A DNA stretch of 64,000 nt, from positions 2,046,001 through 2,110,000 of the forward strand of contig OZ059898.1 in assembly GCA_964057225.1 (NCBI GenBank). The letters are read 5' to 3'. Positions 40,301 through 53,000 of the stretch are shown in pieces. Within the stretch, counting starts at the first letter, position 1, and each line of letters opens with the position of its first letter. Source of the DNA: Auanema rhodensis (Eukaryota; Animalia; Nematoda). The translations under genes and the position numbers were made by a program. A model generated the notes under the pieces. That model worked only from the letters and a program-made list of their open reading frames with translations. It searched no databases and was not told the DNA's origin.

Positions 40301-43300
40301 ATCATTTTTCAAACGATCATAACTAATTTTTGTATTAAGCGTTTCTCAATGTAGTATAGTGCATTCGATGCGGATTTTTAAGCTGCGTCGATCTGTGTTA
40401 TCAGATTTGCGCTAGCTTAAAAATGCACCGAGATATCAACTGATATAAGTTCACACTTATATCCTCGATTTTCACCCTGAAGATTTAATTTTTTCGTTGA
40501 ATAACATTGTCCATCGTCTTTGCCTTGAAAAATGGAATCTAAAAACATCTACTTTTTGCTAAATTATTTTGAAATTTTTCGAAAAAATTTTTGTCAAAAT
40601 GTTTTTGGAAGCAATGTTGAGTGTACATGGAAACTCAACATACACTAATGCATCATTTTTCAAACGATCATAACTAATTTTTGTATTAAGCGTTTCTCAA
40701 TGTAGTATAGTGCATTCGATGCGGATTTTTAAGCTGCGTCGATCTGTGTTATCAGATTTGCGCTAGCTTAAAAATGCACCGAGATATCAACTGATATAAG
40801 TTCACACTTATATCCTCGATTTTCACCCTGAAGATTTAATTTTTTCGTTGAATAACATTGTCCATCGTCTTTGCCTTGAAAAATGGAATCTAAAAACATC
40901 TACTTTTTGCTAAATTATTTTGAAATTTTTCGAAAAAATTTTTGTCAAAATGTTTTTGGAAGCAATGTTGAGTGTACATGGAAACTCAACATACACTAAT
41001 GCATCATTTTTCAAACGATCATAACTAATTTTTGTATTAAGCGTTTCTCAATGTAGTATAGTGCATTCGATGCGGATTTTTAAGCTGCGTCGATCTGTGT
41101 TATCAGATTTGCGCTAGCTTAAAAATGCACCGTGAAATCAACTGATATAAGTTCACACTTATATCCTCGATTTTCACCCTGAAGAATTAATTTTTTCGTT
41201 GAATAACATTGTCCTTCGTCTTTGCCTTGAAAAAAGGAATCTAAAAACATCTACTTTTTGCTAAATTATTTTGAAATTTTTCGAAAAAATTTTTGTCAAA
41301 ATGTTTTTGGAAGCAATGTTGAGTGTACATGGAAACTCAACATACACTAATGCATCATTTTTCAAACGATCATAACTAATTTTTGTATTAAGCGTTTCTC
41401 AATGTAGTATAGTGCATTCGATGCGGATTTTTAAGCTGCGTCGATCTGTGTTATCAGATTTGCGCTAGCTTAAAAATGCACCGAGATATCAACTGATATA
41501 AGTTCACACTTATATCCTCGATTTTCACCCTGAAGATTTAATTTTTTCGTTGAATAACATTGTCCATCGTCTTTGCCTTGAAAAATGGAATCTAAAAACA
41601 TCTACTTTTTGCTAAATTATTTTGAAATTTTTCGAAAAAATTTTTGTCAAAATGTTTTTGGAAGCAATGTTGAGTGTACATGGAAACTCAACATACACTA
41701 ATGCATCATTTTTCAAACGATCATAACTAATTTTTGTATTAAGCGTTTCTCAATGTAGTATAGTGCATTCGATGCGGATTTTTAAGCTGCGTCGATCTGT
41801 GTTATCAGATTTGCGCTAGCTTAAAAATGCACCGAGATATCAACTGATATAAGTTCACACTTATATCCTCGATTTTCACCCTGAAGATTTAATTTTTTCG
41901 TTGAATAACATTGTCCATCGTCTTTGCCTTGAAAAATGGAATCTAAAAACATCTACTTTTTGCTAAATTATTTTGAAATTTTTCGAAAAAATTTTTGTCA
42001 AAATGTTTTTGGAAGCAATGTTGAGTGTACATGGAAACTCAACATACACTAATGCATCATTTTTCAAACGATCATAACTAATTTTTGTATTAAGCGTTTC
42101 TCAATGTAGTATAGTGCATTCGATGCGGATTTTTAAGCTGCGTCGATCTGTGTTATCAGATTTGCGCTAGCTTAAAAATGCACCGAGATATCAACTGATA
42201 TAAGTTCACACATATATCCTCGATTTTCACCCTGAAGAATTAATTTTTTTGTTGAATAACATTGTCCATCGTCTTTGCCTTGAAAAAAGGAATCTAAAAA
42301 CATCTACTTTTTGCTAAATTATTTTGAAATTTTTCGAAAAAATTTTTGTCAAAATGTTTTTGGAAGCAATGTTGAGTGTACATGGAAACTCAACATACAC
42401 TAATGCATCATTTTTCAAACGATCATAACTAATTTTTGTATTAAGCGTTTCTCAATGTAGTATAGTGCATTCGATGCGGATTTTTAAGCTGCGTCGATCT
42501 GTGTTATCAGATTTGCGCTAGCTTAAAAATGCACCGAGATATCAACTGATATAAGTTCACACTTATATCCTCGATTTTCACCCTGAAGATTTAATTTTTT
42601 CGTTGAATAACATTGTCCATCGTCTTTGCCTTGAAAAATGGAATCTAAAAACATCTACTTTTTGCTAAATTATTTTGAAATTTTTCGAAAAAATTTTTGT
42701 CAAAATGTTTTTGGAAGCAATGTTGAGTGTACATGGAAACTCAACATACACTAATGCATCATTTTTCAAACGATCATAACTAATTTTTGTATTAAGCGTT
42801 TCTCAATGTAGTATAGTGCATTCGATGCGGATTTTTAAGCTGCGTCGATCTGTGTTATCAGATTTGCGCTAGCTTAAAAATGCACCGAGATATCAACTGA
42901 TATAAGTTCACACATATATCCTCGATTTTCACCCTGAAGAATTAATTTTTTTGTTGAATAACATTGTCCATCGTCTTTGCCTTGAAAAAAGGAATCTAAA
43001 AACATCTACTTTTTGCTAAATTATTTTGAAATTTTTCGAAAAAATTTTTGTCAAAATGTTTTTGGAAGCAATGTTGAGTGTACATGGAAACTCAACATAC
43101 ACTAATGCATCATTTTTCAAACGATCATAACTAATTTTTGTATTAAGCGTTTCTCAAAGTAGTATAGTGCATTCGATGCGGATTTTTAAGCTGCGTCGAT
43201 CTGTGTTATCAGATTTGCGCTAGCTTAAAAATGCACCGAGATATCAACTGATATAAGTTCACACTTATATCCTCGATTTTCACCCTGAAGATTTAATTTT

Positions 43301-44927
43301 TTCGTTGAATAACATTGTCCATCGTCTTTGCCTTGAAAAATGGAATCTAAAAACATCTACTTTTTGCTAAATTATTTTGAAATTTTTCGAAAAAATTTTT
43401 GTCAAAATGTTTTTGGAAGCAATGTTGAGTGTACATGGAAACTCAACATACACTAATGCATCATTTTTCAAACGATCATAACTAATTTTTGTATTAAGCG
43501 TTTCTCAATGTAGTATAGTGCATTCGATGCGGATTTTTAAGCTGCGTCGATCTGTGTTATCAGATTTGCGCTAGCTTAAAAATGCACCGAGATATCAACT
43601 GATATAAGTTCACACTTATATCCTCGATTTTCACCCTGAAGAATTAATTTTTTTGTTGAATAACACTGTCCATCGTCTTTGCCTTGAAAAATGGAATCTA
43701 AAAACATCTACTTTTTGCTAAACTATTTTGAAATTTTTCGAAAAAATTTTTGTCAAAATGTTTTTGGAAGCAATGTTGAGTGTACATGGAAACTCAACAT
43801 ACACTAATGCATCATTTTTCAAACGATCATAACTAATTTTTGTATTAAGCGTTTCTCAAAGTAGTATAGTGCATTCGATGCGGATTTTTAAGCTGCGTCG
43901 ATCTGTGTTATCAGATTTGCGCTAGCTTAAAAATGCACCGAGATATCAACTGATATAAGTTCACACTTATATCCTCGATTTTCACCCTGAAGAATTAATT
44001 TTTTCGTTGAATAACATTGTCCATCGTCTTTGCCTTGAAAAAAGGAATCTAAAAACATCTACTTTTTGCTAAATTATTTTGAAATTTTCTGAAAAAATTT
44101 TTGTCAAAATGTTTTTGGAAGCAATGTTGAGTGTACATGGAAACTCAACATACACTAATGCATCATTTTTCAAACGATCATAACTAATTTTTGTATTAAG
44201 CGTTTCTCAATGTAGTATAGTGCATTCGATGCGGATTTTTAAGCTGCGTCGATCTGTGTTATCAAATTTGCGCTAGCTTAAAAATGCACCGAGATATCAA
44301 CTGATATAAGTTCACACTTATATCCTCGATTTTCACCCTGAAGATTTAATTTTTTCGTTGAATAACATTGTCCATCGTCTTTGCCTTGAAAAATGGAATC
44401 TAAAAACATCTACTTTTTGCTAAATTATTTTGAAATTTTTCGAAAAAATTTTTGTCAAAATGTTTTTGGAAGCAATGTTGAGTGTACATGGAAACTCAAC
44501 ATACACTAATGCATCATTTTTCAAACGATCATAACTAATTTTTGTATTAAGCGTTTCTCAATGTAGTATAGTGCATTCGATGCGGATTTTTAAGCTGCGT
44601 CGATCTGTGTTATCAGATTTGCGCTAGCTTAAAAATGCACCGAGATATCAACTGATATAAGTTCACACTTATATCCTCGATTTTCACCCTGAAGAATTAA
44701 TTTTTTTGTTGAATAACATTGTCCATCGTCTTTGCCTTGAAAAAAGGAATCTAAAAACATCTACTTTTTGCTAAATTATTTAGAAATTTTTCGAAAAAAT
44801 TTTTGTCAAAATGTTTTTGGAAGCAATGTTGAGTGTACATGGAAACTCAACATACACAAATGCATCATTTTTCAAACGATCATAACTAATTTTTGTATTA
44901 AGCGTTTCTCAATGTAGTATAGTGCAT

Positions 44928-47900
44928 TCGATGCGGATTTTTAAGCTGCGTCGATCTGTGTTATCAGATTTGCGCTAGCTTAAAAATGCACCGTGAAATC
45001 AACTGATATAAGTTCACACTTATATCCTCGATTTTCACCCTGAAGAATTAATTTTTTCGTTGAATAACATTGTCCATCGTCTTTGCCTTGAAAAAAGGAA
45101 TCTAAAAACATCTACTTTTTGCTAAATTATTTTGAAATTTTCTGAAAAAATTTTTGTCAAAATGTTTTTGGAAGCAATGTTGAGTGTACATGGAAACTCA
45201 ACATACACTAATGCATCATTTTTCAAACGATCATAACTAATTTTTGTATTAAGCGTTTCTCAATGTAGTATAGTGCATTCGATGCGGATTTTTAAGCTGC
45301 GTCGATCTGTGTTATCAGATTTGCGCTAGCTTAAAAATGCACCGAGATATCAACTGATATAAGTTCACACTTATATCCTCGATTTTCACCCTGAAGAATT
45401 AATTTTTTTGTTGAATAACATTGTCCATCGTCTTTGCCTTGAAAAAAGGAATCTAAAAACATCTACTTTTTGCTAAATTGTTTAGAAATTTTTCGAAAAA
45501 ATTTTTGTCAAAATGTTTTTGGAAGCAATGTTGAGTGTACATGGAAACTCAACATACACTAATGCATCATTTTTCAAACGATCATAACTAATTTTTGTAT
45601 TAAGCGTTTCTCAATGTAGTATAGTGCATTCGATGCGGATTTTTAAGCTGCGTCGATCTGTGTTATCAGATTTGCGCTAGCTTAAAAATGCACCGTGAAA
45701 TCAACTGATATAAGTTCACACTTATATCCTCGATTTTCACCCTGAAGAATTAATTTTTTCGTTGAATAACATTGTCCATCGTCTTTGCCTTGAAAAAAGG
45801 AATCTAAAAACATCTACTTTTTGCTAAATTATTTTGAAATTTTCTGAAAAAATTTTTGTCAAAATGTTTTTGGAAGCAATGTTGAGTGTACATGGAAACT
45901 CAACATACACTAATGCATCATTTTTCAAACGATCATAACTAATTTTTGTATTAAGCGTTTCTCAATGTAGTATAGTGCATTCGATGCGGATTTTTAAGCT
46001 GCGTCGATCTGTGTTATCAGATTTGCGCTAGCTTAAAAATGCACCGTGAAATCAACTGATATAAGTTCACACTTATATCCTCGATTTTCACCCTGAAGAA
46101 TTAATTTTTTCGTTGAATAACATTGTCCATCGTCTTTGCCTTGAAAAAAGGAATCTAAAAACATCTACTTTTTGCTAAATTATTTTGAAATTTTCTGAAA
46201 AAATTTTTGTCAAAATGTTTTTGGAAGCAATGTTGAGTGTACATGGAAACTCAACATACACTAATGCATCATTTTTCAAACGATCATAACTAATTTTTGT
46301 ATTAAGCGTTTCTCAATGTAGTATAGTGCATTCGATGCGGATTTTTAAGCTGCGTCGATCTGTGTTATCAGATTTGCGCTAGCTTAAAAATGCACCGTGA
46401 AATCAACTGATATAAGTTCACACTTATATCCTCGATTTTCACCCTGAAGAATTAATTTTTTCGTTGAATAACATTGTCCATCGTCTTTGCCTTGAAAAAA
46501 GGAATCTAAAAACATCTACTTTTTGCTAAATTATTTTGAAATTTTCTGAAAAAATTTTTGTCAAAATGTTTTTGGAAGCAATGTTGAGTGTACATGGAAA
46601 CTCAACATACACTAATGCATCATTTTTCAAACGATCATAACTAATTTTTGTATTAAGCGTTTCTCAATGTAGTATAGTGCATTCGATGCGGATTTTTAAG
46701 CTGCGTCGATCTGTGTTATCAGATTTGCGCTAGCTTAAAAATGCACCGAGATATCAACTGATATAAGTTCACACTTATATCCTCGATTTTCACCCTGAAG
46801 AATTAATTTTTTTGTTGAATAACATTGTCCATCGTCTTTGCCTTGAAAAAAGGAATCTAAAAACATCTACTTTTTGCTAAATTGTTTAGAAATTTTTCGA
46901 AAAAATTTTTGTCAAAATGTTTTTGGAAGCAATGTTGAGTGTACATGGAAACTCAACATACACTAATGCATCATTTTTCAAACGATCATAACTAATTTTT
47001 GTATTAAGCGTTTCTCAATGTAGTATAGTGCATTCGATGCGGATTTTTAAGCTGCGTCGATCTGTGTTATCAGATTTGCGCTAGCTTAAAAATGCACCGT
47101 GAAATCAACTGATATAAGTTCACACTTATATCCTCGATTTTCACCCTGAAGAATTGATTTTTTCGTTGAATAACATTGTCCATCGTCTTTGCCTTGAAAA
47201 AAGGAATCTAAAAACATCTACTTTTTGCTAAATTATTTTGAAATTTTCTGAAAAAATTTTTGTCAAAATGTTTTTGGAAGCAATGTTGAGTGTACATGGA
47301 AACTCAACATACACTAATGCATCATTTTTCAAACGATCATAACTAATTTTTGTATTAAGCGTTTCTCAATGTAGTATAGTGCATTCGATGCGGATTTTTA
47401 AGCTGCGTCGATCTGTGTTATCAGATTTGCGCTAGCTTAAAAATGCACCGTGAAATCAACTGATATAAGTTCACACTTATATCCTCGATTTTCACCCTGA
47501 AGAATTAATTTTTTCGTTGAATAACATTGTCCATCGTCTTTGCCTTGAAAAAAGGAATCTAAAAACATCTACTTTTTGCTAAATTATTTTGAAATTTTCT
47601 GAAAAAATTTTTGTCAAAATGTTTTTGGAAGCAATGTTGAGTGTACATGGAAACTCAACATACACTAATGCATCATTTTTCAAACGATCATAACTAATTT
47701 TTGTATTAAGCGTTTCTCAATGTAGTATAGTGCATTCGATGCGGATTTTTAAGCTGCGTCGATCTGTGTTATCAGATTTGCGCTAGCTTAAAAATGCACC
47801 GTGAAATCAACTGATATAAGTTCACACTTATATCCTCGATTTTCACCCTGAAGAATTAATTTTTTCGTTGAATAACATTGTCCATCGTCTTTGCCTTGAA

Positions 47901-48788
47901 AAAAGGAATCTAAAAACATCTACTTTTTGCTAAATTATTTTGAAATTTTCTGAAAAAATTTTTGTCAAAATGTTTTTGGAAGCAATGTTGAGTGTACATG
48001 GAAACTCAACATACACTAATGCATCATTTTTCAAACGATTATAACTAATTTTTGTATTAAGCGTTTCTCGATGTAGTATAGTGCATTCGATGCGGATTTT
48101 TAAGCTGCGTCGATCTGTGTTATCAGATTTGCGCTAGCTTAAAAATGCACCGTGAAATCAACTGATATAAGTTCACACTTATATCCTCGATTTTCACCCT
48201 GAAGAATTAATTTTTTCGTTGAATAACATTGTCCATCGTCTTTGCCTTGAAAAAAGGAATCTAAAAACATCTACTTTTTACTAAATTATTTTGAAATTTT
48301 CTGAAAAAATTTTTGTCAAAATGTTTTTGGAAGCAATGTTGAGTGTACATGGAAACTCAACATACACTAATGCATCATTTTTCAAACGATCATAACTAAT
48401 TTTTGTATTTAGCGTTTCTCAATGTAGTATAGTGCATTCGATGCGGATTTTTAAGCTGCGTCGATCTGTGTTATCAGATTTGCGCTAGCTTAAAAATGCA
48501 CCGTGAAATCAACTGATATAAGTTCACACTTATATCCTCGATTTTCACCCTGAAGAATTAATTTTTTCGTTGAATAACATTGTCCATCGTCTTTGCCTTG
48601 AAAAAAGGAATCTAAAAACATCTACTTTTTGCTAAATTATTTTGAAATTTTCTGAAAAAATTTTTGTCAAAATGTTTTTGGAAGCAATGTTGAGTGTACA
48701 TGGAAACTCAACATACACTAATGCATCATTTTTCAAACGATCATAACTAATTTTTGTATTAAGCGTTTCTCAATGTAGTATAGTGCAT
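44928..48788. repeat. Locally homogenised run of one monomer type (J + 215-216CT) with a 4-mer duplication
   Basis: 9 of 11 monomers (M129-M139) share the haplotype. The other two (M130, M134) share TTGTTTAG at 45480 and 46884, offset 1404. Confidence 0.8.
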
Positions 48789-51700
48789 TCGATGCGGATT
48801 TTTAAGCTGCGTCGATCTGTGTTATCAGATTTGCGCTAGCTTAAAAATGCACCGAGATATCAACTGATATAAGTTCACACATATATCCTCGATTTTCACC
48901 CTGAAGAATTAATTTTTTTGTTGAATAACATTGTCCATCGTCTTTGCCTTGAAAAAAGGAATCTAAAAACATCTACTTTTTGCTAAATTATTTTGAAATT
49001 TTTCGAAAAAATTTTTGTAAAAATGTTTTTGGAAGCAATGTTGAGTGTACATGGAAACTCAACATACACTAATGCATCATTTTTCAAACGATCATAACTA
49101 ATTTTTGTATTAAGCGTTTCTCAAAGTAGTATAGTGCATTCGATGCGGATTTTTAAGCTGCGTCGATCTGTGTTATCAGATTTGCGCTAGCTTAAAAATG
49201 CACCGAGATATCAACTGATATAAGTTCACACTTATATCCTCGATTTTCACCCTGAAGATTTAATTTTTTCGTTGAATAACATTGTCCATCGTCTTTGCCT
49301 TGAAAAATGGAATCTAAAAACATCTACTTTTTGCTAAATTATTTTGAAATTTTTCGAAAAAATTTTTGTCAAAATGTTTTTGGAAGCAATGTTGAGTGTA
49401 CATGGAAACTCAACATACACTAATGCATCATTTTTCAAACGATCATAACTAATTTTTGTATTAAGCGTTTCTCAATGTAGTATAGTGCATTCGATGCGGA
49501 TTTTTAAGCTGCGTCGATCTGTGTTATCAGATTTGCGCTAGCTTAAAAATGCACCGTGAAATCAACTGATATAAGTTCACACTTATATCCTCGATTTTCA
49601 CCCTGAAGATTTAATTTTTTCGTTGAATAACATTGTCCATCGTCTTTGCCTTGAAAAATGGAATCTAAAAACATCTACTTTTTGCTAAATTATTTTGAAA
49701 TTTTCTGAAAAAATTTTTGTCAAAATGTTTTTGGAAGCAATGTTGAGTGTACATGGAAACTCAACATACACTAATGCATCATTTTTCAAACGATCATAAC
49801 TAATTTTTGTATTAAGCGTTTCTCAATGTAGTATAGTGCATTCGATGCGGATTTTTAAGCTGCGTCGATCTGTGTTATCAGATTTGCGCTAGCTTAAAAA
49901 TGCACCGTGAAATCAACTGATATAAGTTCACACTTATATCCTCGATTTTCACCCTGAAGATTTAATTTTTTCGTTGAATAACATTGTCCATCGTCTTTGC
50001 CTTGAAAAATGGAATCTAAAAACATCTACTTTTTGCTAAATTATTTTGAAATTTTCTGAAAAAATTTTTGTCAAAATGTTTTTGGAAGCAATGTTGAGTG
50101 TACATGGAAACTCAACATACACTAATGCATCATTTTTCAAACGATCATAACTAATTTTTGTATTAAGCGTTTCTCAATGTAGTATAGTGCATTCGATGCG
50201 GATTTTTAAGCTGCGTCGATCTGTGTTATCAAATTTGCGCTAGCTTAAAAATGCACCGTGAAATCAACTGATATAAGTTCACACTTATATCCTCGATTTT
50301 CACCCTGAAGAATTAATTTTTTCGTTGAATAACATTGTCCATCGTCTTTGCCTTGAAAAATGGAATCTAAAAACATCTACTTTTTGCTAAATTATTTTGA
50401 AATTTTTCGAAAAAATTTTTGTCAAAATGTTTTTGGAAGCAATGTTGAGTGTACATGGAAACTCAACATACACTAATGCATCATTTTTCAAACGATCATA
50501 ACTAATTTTTGTATTAAGCGTTTCTCAATGTAGTATAGTGCATTCGATGCGGATTTTTAAGCTGCGTCGATCTGTGTTATCAGATTTGCGCTAGCTTAAA
50601 AATGCACCGAGATATCAACTGATATAAGTTCACACTTATATCCTCGATTTTCACCCTGAAGAATTAATTTTTTTGTTGAATAACATTGTCCATCGTCTTT
50701 GCCTTGAAAAAAGGAATCTAAAAACATCTACTTTTTGCTAAATTATTCTGAAATTTTTCGAAAAAATTTTTGTCAAAATGTTTTTGGAAGCAATGTTGAG
50801 TGTACATGGAAACTCAACATACACTAATGCATCATTTTTCAAACGATCATAACTAATTTTTGTATTAAGCGTTTCTCAATGTAGTATAGTGCATTCGATG
50901 CGGATTTTTAAGCTGCGTCGATCTGTGTTATCAGATTTGCGCTAGCTTAAAAATGCACCGTGAAATCAACTGATATAAGTTCACACATATATCCTCGATT
51001 TTCACCCTGAAGAATTAATTTTTTTGTTGAATAACATTGTCCATCGTCTTTGCCTTGAAAAAAGGAATCTAAAAACATCTACTTTTTGCTAAATTATTTT
51101 GAAATTTTTCGAAAAAATTTTTGTCAAAATGTTTTTGGAAGCAATGTTGAGTGTACATGGAAACTCAACATACACTAATGCATCATTTTTCAAACGATCA
51201 TAACTAATTTTTGTATTAAGCGTTTCTCAATGTAGTATAGTGCATTCGATGCGGATTTTTAAGCTGCGTCGATCTGTGTTATCAGATTTGCGCTAGCTTA
51301 AAAATGCACCGAGATATCAACTGATATAAGTTCACACTTATATCCTCGATTTTCACCCTGAAGATTTAATTTTTTCGTTGAATAACATTGTCCATCGTCT
51401 TTGCCTTGAAAAATGGAATCTAAAAACATCTACTTTTTGCTAAATTATTTTGAAATTTTTCGAAAAAATTTTTGTCAAAATGTTTTTGGAAGCAATGTTG
51501 AGTGTAAATGGAAACTCAACATACACTAATGCATCATTTTTCAAACGATCATAACTAATTTTTGTATTAAGCGTTTCTCAATGTAGTATAGTGCATTCGA
51601 TGCGGATTTTTAAGCTGCGTCGATCTGTGTTATCAGATTTGCGCTAGCTTAAAAATGCACCGTGAAATCAACTGATATAAGTTCACACTTATATCCTCGA

Positions 51701-53000
51701 TTTTCACCCTGAAGATTTAATTTTTTCGTTGAATAACATTGTCCATCGTCTTTGCCTTGAAAAATGGAATCTAAAAACATCTACTTTTTGCTAAATTATT
51801 TTGAAATTTTCTGAAAAAATTTTTGTCAAAATGTTTTTGGAAGCAATGTTGAGTGTACATGGAAACTCAACATACACTAATGCATCATTTTTCAAACGAT
51901 CATAACTAATTTTTGTATTAAGCGTTTCTCAATGTAGTATAGTGCATTCGATGCGGATTTTTAAGCTGCGTCGATCTGTGTTATCAGATTTGCGCTAGCT
52001 TAAAAATGCACCGTGAAATCAACTGATATAAGTTCACACTTATATCCTCGATTTTCACCCTGAAGATTTAATTTTTTCGTTGAATAACATTGTCCATCGT
52101 CTTTGCCTTGAAAAATGGAATCTAAAAACATCTACTTTTTGCTAAATTATTTTGAAATTTTCTGAAAAAATTTTTGTCAAAATGTTTTTGGAAGCAATGT
52201 TGAGTGTACATGGAAACTCAACATACACTAATGCATCATTTTTCAAACGATCATAACTAATTTTTGTATTAAGCGTTTCTCAATGTAGTATAGTGCATTC
52301 GATGCGGATTTTTAAGCTGCGTCGATCTGTGTTATCAAATTTGCGCTAGCTTAAAAATGCACCGTGAAATCAACTGATATAAGTTCACACTTATATCCTC
52401 GATTTTCACCCTGAAGAATTAATTTTTTCGTTGAATAACATTGTCCATCGTCTTTGCCTTGAAAAATGGAATCTAAAAACATCTACTTTTTGCTAAATTA
52501 TTTTGAAATTTTTCGAAAAAATTTTTGTCAAAATGTTTTTGGAAGCAATGTTGAGTGTACATGGAAACTCAACATACACTAATGCATCATTTTTCAAACG
52601 ATCATAACTAATTTTTGTATTAAGCGTTTCTCAATGTAGTATAGTGCATTCGATGCGGATTTTTAAGCTGCGTCGATCTGTGTTATCAGATTTGCGCTAG
52701 CTTAAAAATGCACCGAGATATCAACTGATATAAGTTCACACTTATATCCTCGATTTTCACCCTGAAGAATTAATTTTTTTGTTGAATAACTTTGTCCATC
52801 GTCTTTGCCTTGAAAAAAGGAATCTAAAAACATCTACTTTTTGCTAAATTATTCTGAAATTTTTCGAAAAAATTTTTGTCAAAATGTTTTTGGAAGCAAT
52901 GTTGAGTGTACATGGAAACTCAACATACACTAATGCATCATTTTTCAAACGATCATAACTAATTTTTGTATTAAGCGTTTCTCAATGTAGTATAGTGCAT
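48789..53000. repeat. 6-monomer HOR, 2 copies, period 2106 bp
   Basis: M141-M145 match M147-M151. 40A is at 50232/52338 and 205C at 50748/52854. Confidence 0.85.
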
